Source: an uncultured Alphaproteobacteria bacterium (GTDB taxonomy: Bacteria; Pseudomonadota; Alphaproteobacteria; CAWJRW01). From it: a stretch of 64,000 bases of DNA. Below are positions 12,966 through 23,017 of this stretch, one piece after another (position 1 is the stretch's first letter; every line of letters starts with the position of its first letter). The DNA is taken from contig CAWJRW010000006.1 in the NCBI GenBank assembly GCA_963845385.1, positions 711,450 to 775,449 on the forward strand. Direction: 5' to 3'. Position numbers and translations under genes: made by a program. Below the pieces are notes generated by a model. That model made no database searches and was not told where the DNA came from. It saw nothing but the letters and a program-made list of their open reading frames with translations.

Positions 12966-13454
12966 TCAAGCGGTTTGCACGCGCGGCACTTGCGCCGCGG
13001 GGCGCTTTGGGACGTCGAATTTCGTTCCCGTCATCAACATGTCGACGGTCTGGCCGTCGCTCGAGAACGGCAGAATGATCGCTTCGACAAACCAGTATTC
13101 GTTGTTGGTGAAGACCCGCTCACGAAGCTTGACCGACGGCGCGCGGTTTACGACGGCTTCGAGGAAGTGCTCGCGAATGAAGGCCTGATAGGTAGGGTTC
13201 GGCAGGGCATCCAGGCTCTTTCCTGTGAGGTCGAAGCCCAGATGCCCGGAGCTTGCGCTTGCGTGAATGCGGTAGTGAAAGCGCACCGGATCATAGAGAA
13301 CGTCGGTGATCGAGAGGTTCCCGAGGATGTATTTGAGGTCGAGCGGATCGAAATCGGCGCGCGCGGGAAATTCCCGCGCACCGCGCCAACGCCGCCAATC
13401 CTGATAGAGCCGCTGCAGGCTCGGCGATCTTATGTCCACCGCATGAACCCTCAT
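12966..13454 (-). CDS. PAS_5/DUF1457-like small protein, paralog D (~163 aa; likely start MRVHAVDIRSPSLQRL)
   Basis: LQRLYQDWRRWRGAREFPARADFDPLDLKYILGNLSITDVLYDPVRFHYRIHA...GFDLTGKSLD...ILPFSSDGQTVDML. Confidence 0.6.
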   Translation of the reverse strand: MRVHAVDIRSPSLQRLYQDWRRWRGAREFPARADFDPLDLKYILGNLSITDVLYDPVRFHYRIHASASSGHLGFDLTGKSLDALPNPTYQAFIREHFLEAVVNRAPSVKLRERVFTNNEYWFVEAIILPFSSDGQTVDMLMTGTKFDVPKRPAAQVPRVQTA

Positions 13455-13661
13455 GTCGCGGGCGAGCGATGGTTGGCCGAAGGCACTTGAAGATCTGTTA
13501 ACTGTCGGTGCCGAAGCCGTCGGCACGGCGCGGCGGGCCGAGACCAGGCCGCGCTGCACGGGCATGGCTGGGGCGCCAGGTGTCTGCCCAGGGCATGTGG
13601 CGCGCGGCGCCGCCTTCCTTGACCCCTTCCCGGGGCACGCCTACTTTCCGCCCCATCGATC

Positions 13662-13736
13662 GGGCCCGTAGCTCAGTGGCAGAGCATCTGACTTTTAATC
13701 AGAGGGTCGATGGTTCGAATCCATCCGGGCTCACCA
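13662..13736 (+). tRNA. tRNA-Lys (anticodon UUU), 75 nt including CCA
   Basis: GGGCCCGTAGCTCAGTGGCAGAGCA...anticodon stem TCTGA/TCAGA, loop CTTTTAA...GGTTCGAATCC T-loop...CGGGCTCACCA. Confidence 0.9.
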
Positions 13737-13878
13737 GCAAGTTCCTGATGCCAAGAATCCATTCTGATTGTGAGGCGGCCGAGTCGAAATAACTCGGGTC
13801 CATGAATAACCAGAATTGGCTTCCTGCGGCACGTGGCGGGGTATTCCCCGCGTTGCGGCTTGAGAGAGGACCAGAGCG

Positions 13879-14442
13879 ATGAGCGATTTTTCTCTTCCGC
13901 CGCCGGATCTCGATTTTTCGACCGCCACGCCGCCGGCCATGGAGTTTGCCTTCCGTATACGGATTTTCTTCAAGGAGCGGGTGCGGCTCGCGCCGACGAC
14001 GCCTTTGGGGGGACGGGTGTATGTGCCGCCGATGGCGGGGGATATCGTGGGCCCGCGGCTGCAGGGCAGGGTGGTTCCCTATAGCGGCGCCGATTACGCG
14101 CGGGGACGAGCCGACGGCGTGGGCGAGCTCAACGCCCATTACATGCTGGAAGCGTCCGACGGCACGCCCATCTACATCAACAATCGCGGCTTTCTCTATG
14201 CGCGCGATGAGAACGGCAAGCCGCTGCCACAGGCGGGAAGCGAACCTTCACACTTCGGCGCGCCACCGGCGAGCCCGCCGCGTTTCGCGGCGACGCCCAA
14301 TCTCTACTTCGTCTGCATTCCCGCCTTCGACGCGCCGACGGGCCCCCATGATTGGCTGACGCGCCACGTTTTCCTGTGCCGGGGCGTGCGCAAATCGCCG
14401 CCGGACCACACGGTGTTCGATTACTTCGTCGTCACGGGGTGA
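13879..14442 (+). CDS. DUF3237-like protein
   Basis: GGRVYVPPMAGDIVGPRLQGRVVPYSGADYARGRADGVGELNAHYMLEASDGTPIYINNRGF resembles the DUF3237 beta-barrel family pattern. Confidence 0.5.
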   Translation: MSDFSLPPPDLDFSTATPPAMEFAFRIRIFFKERVRLAPTTPLGGRVYVPPMAGDIVGPRLQGRVVPYSGADYARGRADGVGELNAHYMLEASDGTPIYINNRGFLYARDENGKPLPQAGSEPSHFGAPPASPPRFAATPNLYFVCIPAFDAPTGPHDWLTRHVFLCRGVRKSPPDHTVFDYFVVTG

Positions 14443-16061
14443 GACGCTTCGCGCGGGAGCGCGGGCTTGCCGAGGATCATGTCGGACGCCTTCTCGGCGA
14501 TCATGATGGTGGGCGCGTGGGTGTGGCCGCCGACGACGCGCGGCATGATCGAGGCATCAACCACGCGCAAGCTTTCGACGCCGCGCACCTTGAGCTCGGC
14601 ATCGACCACGGCGTCGTGCCCGTCGCCCATGGCGCAGGTGCTCGTCGGATGGTGGACGATGCTCACCATCTGGCGCATGTAAGCCAAGAGCTCGGCATCG
14701 CTTCGGACGTCCGTCCCGGGCATGATTTCCCGCCGCACGAGCGTGGAAGCCGGTGCGGTCGCGATGAATTCGCGCATCATGCGCAAGCCGCGCAGAAATG
14801 TCGCGCGATCGCCGGCCTCGGCGAGCAGGTTCAGGACTATGCGCGGCGGCTCGCGCGGGTCGGCCGAGCGCAGCGTGACGCGGCCCCGGCTTTCCGGGTG
14901 CAATAGGATAGTCAGGTAACCAAAAATATGGCCGCGGCCTTTGCGGATGCCGGGAAACCAAACGCGCGCATTCATAGCGGCCGGCGGGAACAGAGCTTCG
15001 ATATCGGCGCGCTCGAGCTCGGGCCGCGTCTTCCACAGCGCCATCGCGATCAGCGGCAGTCCGGCCGTGAGTCCCGTGCCGAAGAGCCGCCAGCGCAAAT
15101 AAGACAAGGCGATGCGATCGAAGCGTATGTGGCTTTCGAAGGTGATGGGGCCGCTCGCCTCATATTGCATGCCGACGGCGGGGTGCTCCTGCAAATTACG
15201 GCCGACGCCCGGCAGATCGTGGATCGGGGCGACGCCCAGCGCCATCAACTCGTCCGCAGGACCTATGCCCGAGAGCAGCAAGAGCTGCGGGGAATTGTAG
15301 GCGCCGCCCGCAAGGATCACTTCGCGCGTGGCGCGGACTTGCTCGAGCTTTCCGTCGCGCGCGAATTCCACGCCGACGGCGCGGCGTTTCTCGAAGACAA
15401 TGCGCGTCGCAAGCACGCCGAGACGCAGGCTGAGATTGGGCCGCGACAGCACGGGCTCGAGATAGCGCGTGGCGGTGCTGGCGCGTCGGCCCTTGTGGAT
15501 CGTGAAATCGGGGGCGCTCACGCCTTCGGGCTTTCCGCCCTCGAAATCGTCCAGCACCGCGTAGCCGCGGGCGCGCGCGGTGGCGGCGATCTGGCGGAAG
15601 AGAAAGTTGTCGATGTCGTGACGCGAGACCGGCATCGGCCCGGAATCGCCGTGATAGGTCGAAGCGCCACGCCAACTCGATTCCGCGCGCTTGAAATAGG
15701 GCAGCACGTCGGCATACGACCAGCCGCGCGCGCCGAGCTGAAGCCACTCGTCGTAGTCGCGCGGGCTTCCCCGCGTGTACATCATGCCGTTGATCGACGA
15801 CGAGCCGCCGAGCACCTTGCCGCGCGGCAAGGGAACCGTGCGGTTGTCCGCATGGGGCTCGGGCTCACTCCAATAGCCCCAATTGACGGAGGGCTCCTGC
15901 GACAAAGCCATGAACGCGAACGGTATCGCCATCAGGCGGTAACGGTTCGGTCCGCCCGCCTCGAGCATCAGCACGCGATTGTCGGGGTCTTCCGTGAGCC
16001 GGTTGGCGAGCACGCAGCCGGCGGTTCCGGCGCCCACAACAATAAAGTCGTAGCTCTGCAT
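14421..16061 (-). CDS. GMC-family FAD oxidoreductase (choline dehydrogenase-like), 546 aa, intact
   Basis: MQSYDFIVVGAGTAGCVLANRLTEDPDNRVLMLEAGG ... GGSSSINGMMYTRG ... C-terminal GMC motifs HPTSTCAMG. Confidence 0.85.
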   Translation of the reverse strand: MQSYDFIVVGAGTAGCVLANRLTEDPDNRVLMLEAGGPNRYRLMAIPFAFMALSQEPSVNWGYWSEPEPHADNRTVPLPRGKVLGGSSSINGMMYTRGSPRDYDEWLQLGARGWSYADVLPYFKRAESSWRGASTYHGDSGPMPVSRHDIDNFLFRQIAATARARGYAVLDDFEGGKPEGVSAPDFTIHKGRRASTATRYLEPVLSRPNLSLRLGVLATRIVFEKRRAVGVEFARDGKLEQVRATREVILAGGAYNSPQLLLLSGIGPADELMALGVAPIHDLPGVGRNLQEHPAVGMQYEASGPITFESHIRFDRIALSYLRWRLFGTGLTAGLPLIAMALWKTRPELERADIEALFPPAAMNARVWFPGIRKGRGHIFGYLTILLHPESRGRVTLRSADPREPPRIVLNLLAEAGDRATFLRGLRMMREFIATAPASTLVRREIMPGTDVRSDAELLAYMRQMVSIVHHPTSTCAMGDGHDAVVDAELKVRGVESLRVVDASIMPRVVGGHTHAPTIMIAEKASDMILGKPALPREASHPVTTK

Positions 16062-16312
16062 GAGCGCGCCGTTGTCCGATGGAGGAAGCGCCGGAACGCA
16101 TGACCGGCGCGTAAGAGCGTGCAGGAGCAAGCTCGTTACCACGGCCCCGCGTGCCCGTCACGGGCGTGCTGCCGCCTTTATTGCCTCACGCAGATCGGAG
16201 ACATAGAATGGCCGGCGCCGCGCCTGGAAGCGCCTCTTCATTTCCGCGCCTTCGTTGCGCGCGCTTCGTCCTTTGACCGCCGCACGCACAAGATCAGACC
16301 TTAGGGAGAAAC

Positions 16313-17800
16313 CCATGAACGCGCCTGCCACGGCTACTCGACTGGACGCTGTCTCGGCATTTCTGGCCAAGCCCCACAAGCTCTTGATCGGCGATGCGTG
16401 GGTTGAGGCGCAATCGGGCGAGACGATCGAATGCGTCGATCCGGCGACGGGCAAGACGATTGGTCATGCCGCGGCCGGCGGCAAGGCGGATGTGGACAAG
16501 GCCGTCAAGGCCGCGCGGAAAGCCTTCGAGCCTTGGGCGAACACGCCTCCCGGCGAGCGCGCCAAGCTCATGTGGAAGCTCGCCGATGCGTTGGAGCGGG
16601 AGGGGCAGGATCTTGGTCTGATCGAGACGTCTCAACAACGGCATGCCGATCCGCTCGGCGGGCTGGATGGTGCCCTTCGCGGCCGAAGGCTTGCGTTACA
16701 ACGCGGGCTGGGCCGGCAAGGTTGGTGGCGATACGCTCACCCTCGCGGCTCCCAATCACCACGCTTACACGCTGCGCGAGCCAGTGGGGGTCGTGGGCGC
16801 GATCGTGCCCTGGAACGGCCCACTCATCCTGACGGTTATGAAGATCGCGCCGGCCTTGGCAGCGGGCTGCACGGTCGTGCTCAAGCCCGCCGAGCTCACG
16901 CCAATGACGGCGATCCGCATCGGTCAGCTCATTCAGGAAGTGGGCTTCCCGGCCGGGGTGGTCAACATCGTCACGGGCTACGGGCCCGCGGCGGGCCAGG
17001 CGCTGGTCGATCATCCCGATGTCGACAAGATCTCCTTCACCGGGTCGACGCGGGTCGGAAAGTCAATTCTCGCCGCCGCGGGCGGCAACTTGAAGCGCGT
17101 GGCGCTCGAGCTCGGCGGCAAGTCGCCGGTGCTTGTGTTTCCCGACGCGGATCTCGATCGGGCGGCCGAAGGCGCCGCCATGGGGGTTTTCGGGAACACG
17201 GGTCAGGTCTGCGTCGCGGGCTCGCGGCTCTTCGTGCACAAGAAGGTTTTCGACCGGGTGGTCGAGGCCGTCGCCAAGCGCGCCGCCGCGCTCAAGGTGG
17301 GCGCCGGTATCGATCCCACGACCGAGATCGGCCCGCTCGTCTCCGAGAAGCAGCGCCAGCGCGTCACCGGCTATATCGACTCCGGAACCCGCGATGGCGG
17401 CGAGATCGTCGTCGGCGGCAAAGCCATGAAGGGTCCGGGCTTTTTCGTCGAGCCCACCGTGTTCGTCAACACGACCCCGGCCATGACCATCAATCGCGAG
17501 GAGATTTTCGGCCCCGTGGTCTGCGCCATGCCTTTCGGTGACGACGATCTTGACCAGATCGCCGCCGCAGCCAACGACACCGAATACGGGCTGTCGTCCT
17601 ACATTTGGACGAAAGACGTGAGCCTCGTGCACAAGCTCGCGCGCAAGCTCAAAGCGGGCACGGTGCGCGTCAACGGCGGCTCGGTCCTCGACCACAACAT
17701 GCCCTTCGGCGGTTACAAGCAGTCCGGGTGGGGACGCGAGATGGGCCGCGCCGGCATCGAGGCTTATACGGAGGTCAAGTCGGTCTCGATCGCGCTCTAG
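16313..17800 (+). CDS. NAD(P)-dependent aldehyde dehydrogenase. A single-base insertion near 16631 splits it over two frames.
   Basis: RBS AGGGAG upstream; LIGDAWVEA...VDPATGK then EPVGVVGAIVPWNGPL ... ELGGKSP ... FGNTGQVCVAGSR ... EEIFGPV. Confidence 0.88.
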
Positions 17801-17963
17801 CTTGCGTTCGCGCGCATACGGGCGACAGCTTGCGGCTTCCCGCGCGCCACGCCGTGCGCCGTTCCAAACTGGCACGCGCCGGAACCCGTGATTTCGCCGC
17901 CGGCCAGGCGGTGTTATGATGGCGCGGCGAAACGGGTTGGACTCACTGAAGGAGTGCGCCCCC

Positions 17964-18479
17964 ATGATGCTCCGCAAGCCGGTCGAAGTTACAGTCAGGG
18001 TCGCGTGCAAGGCTTTGATACTCGCGACGCTGTGCGCGGGCGTGCTCGTTGCCCTTTCAACAGGGCCCGCGGCCGCGCGCACTCGTGTCACCATCGGCAT
18101 CGGTATCGGCGTGCCGCTCTACCACGACGGCTGGCGCCACGGCTATTACGGCCATCACGGCTACTACCCGCATTATCGCCGCTATGGCCACTTCCGGGGC
18201 TATGGCGGCTACGGGAATTACGACCGCGGCTATTACGGCTATCCGGCGCCGGTTGTCGTGGCGCCGTATCCCGGCGTGTATCCGGCCCCGGTCTATCCCG
18301 GGTCTGTCTATCCCGGGTCTGCCTATTCCGCGCCCGTCTATTCCGCACCGGCCTATGGAGCGGGGGTACCGAGCTACTGCCGCGAGTTTCGCACAACAAT
18401 CAACGTCAACGGCACGCTCCAACCGGCTTGGGGCACAGCCTGCCTGCAGCCCGACGGAACCTGGCGCTTCGTTCAGTAG
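17964..18479 (+). CDS. Secreted Gly/Tyr/His/Arg-rich protein with a C-terminal Cys motif, BA14K-like
   Basis: Signal peptide ILATLCAGVLVALSTGPAAA; low-complexity GWRHGYYGHHGYYPHYRRYGHFRGYGGYGNY; C-terminal YCREFRTTINVNGTLQPAWGTACLQPDGTWRF resembles the BA14K immunoreactive lectin family. Confidence 0.5.
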   Translation: MMLRKPVEVTVRVACKALILATLCAGVLVALSTGPAAARTRVTIGIGIGVPLYHDGWRHGYYGHHGYYPHYRRYGHFRGYGGYGNYDRGYYGYPAPVVVAPYPGVYPAPVYPGSVYPGSAYSAPVYSAPAYGAGVPSYCREFRTTINVNGTLQPAWGTACLQPDGTWRFVQ

Positions 18480-18588
18480 GCTGATCTTCCGCGGAGCGGA
18501 GTGCGCATTTCGCTTCGACGGAAGCGGAACGCGCACCCGCCTCTAGGGTTGTGCCTGTTCTCCGCGCCGGCGGAAAACGCACCGGCGC

Positions 18589-19140
18589 TCAATCAGCGCA
18601 TGGCCGCGACATGGACACGAGGCGCCAGCCCCTGCCACGCACCGTCTCGATGTGCTCGTGGCTCGGCAGCTTGCGCCGCAAATGGCAGATGTGGACATGA
18701 AGGCCCGCCGTGCTCGGGACGTTGTCGTTGAGCCCGTACAGCACGGTCATGATCGCGTCTCTGCGCACGAAGCCGCGTGAGTCCTCGCCGGCCTTCCGCT
18801 TGAGAAGCCCATAGAGCCTACCTTCGATCGGGCTCAAATGGCGCTCGAGGCCCAAGGGCAAAGGCTCCGGCGGGGCCAGCGCGTCCTCGAGGCGAATTTC
18901 GAGCTCTTCGATGCGCTCCAGCGCGTCCGTGAAATTCTTGGGTGGGGTCACGTTGAGGGGATTCCAACGTGCGCCGAGCACGCCTCGCAATCGAACGATG
19001 TGCTCCATGATGCTCGCTTGCACGCGCTCGAGCGCGCTCAGCCGGTTTTCCAAGCGCGCCGCTGCATCCGGCGTTTCGACAGCCAATGAAACCTGCGATG
19101 AACTTTCCACGACATACACCTCACTTGCACCGAGACACAA
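18589..19140 (-). CDS. Transcriptional regulator with an OmpR/PhoB-type winged-helix C-terminal domain. No receiver domain; N-terminal coiled coil.
   Basis: IEGRLYGLLKRKAGEDSRGFVRRDAIMTVLYGLNDNVPSTAGLHVHICHLRRKLPSHEHIETVRGRGWRL matches the trans_reg_C fold; the N-terminal ~90 aa lack D-box receiver motifs. Confidence 0.6.
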   Translation of the reverse strand: MCLGASEVYVVESSSQVSLAVETPDAAARLENRLSALERVQASIMEHIVRLRGVLGARWNPLNVTPPKNFTDALERIEELEIRLEDALAPPEPLPLGLERHLSPIEGRLYGLLKRKAGEDSRGFVRRDAIMTVLYGLNDNVPSTAGLHVHICHLRRKLPSHEHIETVRGRGWRLVSMSRPCAD

Positions 19141-19636
19141 AGATCAACCCGCTGGACGGAGGCAGCACACACCCGTCCGTTGACGCGCGCGCAAAGGCGC
19201 GCACCTGCGTGGACATCAAGCTCTTGGCGACCGACGACGAGGCCTCAGCCCTTGCCTCGACGGAAATGCTCCACGATTAGACCCACACGCTACGCCGCAG
19301 TTCCGCGGAGACGCCATTTCCTTCAGTCCGCGATGGTCGTGACATCGCGGCCAGCTTGTAAGTGCCGCCCGATCTCGCGTGAGACGCGATTGTTCATGTT
19401 CGATCGAGCCGGAATTTACTCTCGCGCAATTCTGTGGTTTTTGCAACATGCAAGTGGAATTTTCGTTCGCAGCTGTCTGTCCACAGATTTGTTGCAAAGG
19501 TACAACAGGGACAGAAAGCTGTTTCGGCGCACCGGCGCGCGTCGTGACCGTCAAACCGTGCGGATGATCGGACCCAGGCAACCGGTCGGCGCGAAGGAAC
19601 TGAAGCGTCTCAGTAGGCGCGCTCGCCCGCGCACCA

Positions 19637-20863
19637 TCAGGCGAACGCCCGGGATTTGTGCGACAGGATCGTCAGCGCATATTGCAGCTCGATCGCGGCG
19701 GTGAAATGCGCCATCGTGAATTGCGTCTCGTAGAGCCCGTGAGCGGCGGACGACAGTCGCATTCGCAGGCCGGCGTCGGTGACAACCCGGAAGAGTGCCT
19801 CTTCGAGCGCGGTCGCGTCGACGCGGTCCACGAGCAGCGCGTTCTCGCCGTCGCGCAGAATCTCCGGGAGCGCGCCGACGCGCGTGGTGACCACCGCGAG
19901 CCCCGCCGAAAGGGCTTCCAAGAGACCAAGTGGCAAGCCTTCGTGATGAGATGGCAAGACGAAGACATCGGCCGCGGCCCGCACGCGGCGCACCGCGTCG
20001 GGCTCGAGCCACCCCGTAAAGCGAACACGCTCGCCCAGGCCCAGCGCGCATGCGAGGTCCTCATATTTGCGGCGCGCGCCGTCTCCGACGAGCGTGAGTG
20101 TCCAAGCCGCCTCGCTGAGACGCGCGGACGAGAGCGCTTGAAAGAGCTCGCGCAGGCCTTTCTTGGGACGCAGCTTGCCGACATAGAGAAGACGGCAGGG
20201 CGTACCGGGTGCAGTCGGTAAGCGCGGGGGCGCCGGGGGCACGCCGTTATAGACCACGGCAATGCGCCGGGGATCGATGCCAAGCTCCTCGCTCAACATG
20301 CGGCGCCAGATTTCGCCCAATACCACCGTGCGGTCGGCCGCACGGAAGACCCAACGCGTGAACAGACGCGCGGGCGCGGGAAGCCTGCGATAGAAATCGA
20401 TGAACAAGCCGGCATGCAAATGAAGAAGGACCGGCACGCGCAAGAGCTTGCCAACGAGGACGACAATGCCCTTGCGCAAGACGCTTGTGTTCTCCGCCAT
20501 GTTCACGTGCAAGAGCGCCACGTCGTCCGTCGCGCAGCGCAGGACCACGCGCGCAAGGGACCAAGCAAGAAAGAAGGGCGCGAAGAACACGCTGCCGAGA
20601 CCGCGGCTATCGAACACGAGAGCCCGCGGCGCGTCCGGGCGCTCTGCCCAGGCTTCGATGAGGTAGCGCACCATCCCGCCCATGCCGCCGCGCTCACGCG
20701 TGCCACCGGGGTTGATGATGAGCACGAGCGGCCGGCGCTTCTTAGGACCTCGCGCGAGAACAACGCTTGGGGCCTCGGCTCCCGTAGGGGAAGGAATAGC
20801 GCCCTCGAGTTGGCCCCTATATGGTATCTCGCCGGTCGGCATGGCCTTGATTCGCCTACGCAA
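19637..20863 (-). CDS. Glycosyltransferase family 4 (GT1 fold, GT-B)
   Basis: C-terminal FVLPSHHEGLPLGLLEALSAGLAVVTTRVGALPEIL (E-x7-E-like retaining GT4 motif). Confidence 0.75.
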   Translation of the reverse strand: MRRRIKAMPTGEIPYRGQLEGAIPSPTGAEAPSVVLARGPKKRRPLVLIINPGGTRERGGMGGMVRYLIEAWAERPDAPRALVFDSRGLGSVFFAPFFLAWSLARVVLRCATDDVALLHVNMAENTSVLRKGIVVLVGKLLRVPVLLHLHAGLFIDFYRRLPAPARLFTRWVFRAADRTVVLGEIWRRMLSEELGIDPRRIAVVYNGVPPAPPRLPTAPGTPCRLLYVGKLRPKKGLRELFQALSSARLSEAAWTLTLVGDGARRKYEDLACALGLGERVRFTGWLEPDAVRRVRAAADVFVLPSHHEGLPLGLLEALSAGLAVVTTRVGALPEILRDGENALLVDRVDATALEEALFRVVTDAGLRMRLSSAAHGLYETQFTMAHFTAAIELQYALTILSHKSRAFA

Positions 20864-20913
20864 AGAAGGAAAGCGCGCCCACGCGCCCGGGTTTGCCGGG
20901 CGTCCTTCGCCCT

Positions 20914-22364
20914 ATGATTCACCCCCATCCTCTCTATTTCGTTCACGGCATCGTCCTCGTGGCTTTGGGGGGCACCATGCTCCTGCCCGCGCTCGTCTCG
21001 GCGGCCTTGAGCGAGCCGGGGGCCGCGCCCTTTTTCCTGTCGTCCTTTGCCACGGTGAGCATCGGCGGTCTCTTCGTGCTCGTCGGACGCGGGCGCGAGG
21101 TCAGGCTGACGCGCAAAGAGGGCTTTCTGCTCACGGCGAGCGTTTGGCTCTCAGTCTCCGTCTTCGGGGCTTTGCCGATTGTGCTCACGGTTCCGAACAT
21201 CGATTTCGCTGCAGCGTTTTTCGAGTCGGTTGCGGGGATCACGACGACCGGCTCGACGGTGCTCATCGGCCTCGAGCACCTGCCCAAGGGCCTGCTCCTT
21301 TGGCGCGGGCTTCTGCAATGGCTCGGCGGCGCGGGCTTTGTCACCATGGCGCTCGTTTTGCTGCCATTTCTACAAATCGGCGGCATGCAGCTTTTCAGAA
21401 CGGAGTCATCAGACCGTTCCGAAAAGGTGTTGCCCAGCGCTCGGCAGATCGCCCTCGCGATCATAACCGCCTATGCGACGCTCACGGGCCTCTGTGCGCT
21501 TTCGTTTTGGATTGCGGGGATGAATGCGTTCGATGCCATCGTTCACGCGATGGGCGCGCTCGCCACGGGCGGTTTTGCGAATTATGACGCGTCGTTCGGC
21601 CAATTCCATTCGTATTGGATAAGGGCTATCGCCACCATATTCATGATAGCGGGTGCCACGTCGATGATCGTTGTTCGTGCGCTTGGGCCGCGGTGATTGG
21701 GTTTCAGTTTACCGCGACAGCCAAGTGCGGACGTTCCTCGGCGTGCTCGTTGTCGCGACCGTCGTGCTTGCGGGCTATCTCGTCGTTTCGGGACGCATGA
21801 CCGCAGCCGACAGCCTGAGCCACGCCGCCTTCAACGTCGTCTCGATCGTGACGACGACAGGCTTCGTCTCAACGGACTATGGGACATGGGGCAACTTCGC
21901 CGGAGGCCTGTTGTTTCTGCTCACTTTTGCGGGCGGTTGCACGGGCTCGACGTCGGGCGGGATCAAGATGTTCCGCTTCGAGATCCTTCATCGGCTGATA
22001 ACGCTTCATATGCGACGGCTCCTCAATCCGCGCGCCGTCGTGCCGGTCAAATATGCAGGCCGCCTTGTCGGCGAGGACGTGCTGCTGTCGGTGATGGCGT
22101 TTCTTGCTGGCCTATTTGGTCACGGTCGGTGTCATTGCGATCTGTCTTACGGTGCTCGGCCTCGATCCCACGACGAGCCTCACGGGCGCGGCCACCGCCG
22201 TCGGCAATGTGGGGCCTGGCCTCGGCCCCATTATCGGTCCGGCGGGCAATTTCGCCCCGCTCCCCGATGCGGCGAAGATCCTGCTCGCGGTCGGGATGCT
22301 CATGGGCCGCCTGGAATTCTTCACCCTGCTCGCCTTGTTGAGCCCGTCCTTTTGGCGCGCTTGA
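20914..22364 (+). CDS. trkH: Trk-type potassium transporter membrane subunit TrkH (copy 1), frame changes near 21690 and 22100
   Basis: GITTTGSTVL, GFVTMALVLLP, TTTGFVSTDY, GGCTGSTSGGIKMFRF, VGNVGPGLGPIIGP in three ORF-track frames. Confidence 0.75.
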
Positions 22365-22411
22365 GACCGGCTTTCCAGGGGGGAGGGGGCACACATATAA
22401 CTGTGCGAGCC

Positions 22412-23017
22412 ATGCCCCGCCCGCTGCCGCAAGACCGATCGTTCGAAGCGCTGGCCGAAGCCATTCGCGCGTGCAGGCTTTGTGCGGCGGACTTGCCCCA
22501 TGAGCCGAGGCCCGTCTTTCGCGGCCGGCCGAGCGCGCGCCTCATGATCGTCGGCCAGGCGCCGGGCACGCGCGTCCATGCCTCGGGCATTCCCTTCGAT
22601 GATCCGAGCGGCGTGCGGCTCCGCGATTGGCTCGGGCTGACGCCGGATGAGTTTTACGACGAGGCACGCGTCGCGATCCTGCCCATGGGCTTTTGCTTTC
22701 CGGGACTGAATGACAAAGGCGCGGATTTGCCGCCGCGTCGCATCTGCGCACCAACTTGGCGCGCCAGGCTCGACCCGCAGTTCGCGGCGGTGAAGCTTAA
22801 GGTTCTCGTCGGCAGTTATTCGCAACGTTGGCATCTCGGCGCGCGCCGGCGCGAAAGCCTCACCGAGACCGTTGCGCATTGGCGCGATTATGGCCCCGAG
22901 TTCGTCCCGCTGCCTCATCCGTCGTGGCGAAACAACGCCTGGCTCAAGCGCAATCCGTGGTTCGAGCGGGAGCTCTTGCCCGTGCTGCGCCGCCGCGTGC
23001 GCGAGGTGTTGGCATGA
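22412..23017 (+). CDS. Uracil-DNA glycosylase superfamily protein (family 4/5-like)
   Basis: LMIVGQAPGTRVHASGIPFDDPSGVRLRDWLGL ... VAILPMGFCFPG ... LKVLVGSYSQRWHL. Confidence 0.7.
   Translation: MPRPLPQDRSFEALAEAIRACRLCAADLPHEPRPVFRGRPSARLMIVGQAPGTRVHASGIPFDDPSGVRLRDWLGLTPDEFYDEARVAILPMGFCFPGLNDKGADLPPRRICAPTWRARLDPQFAAVKLKVLVGSYSQRWHLGARRRESLTETVAHWRDYGPEFVPLPHPSWRNNAWLKRNPWFERELLPVLRRRVREVLA

Noticed and set aside
17861-17890. TGGCAC-N5 sigma-54-like -24 element upstream of the BA14K-like gene
   Set aside because: The -12 element (TTGCW) is absent (GGAAC instead); not a credible RpoN promoter
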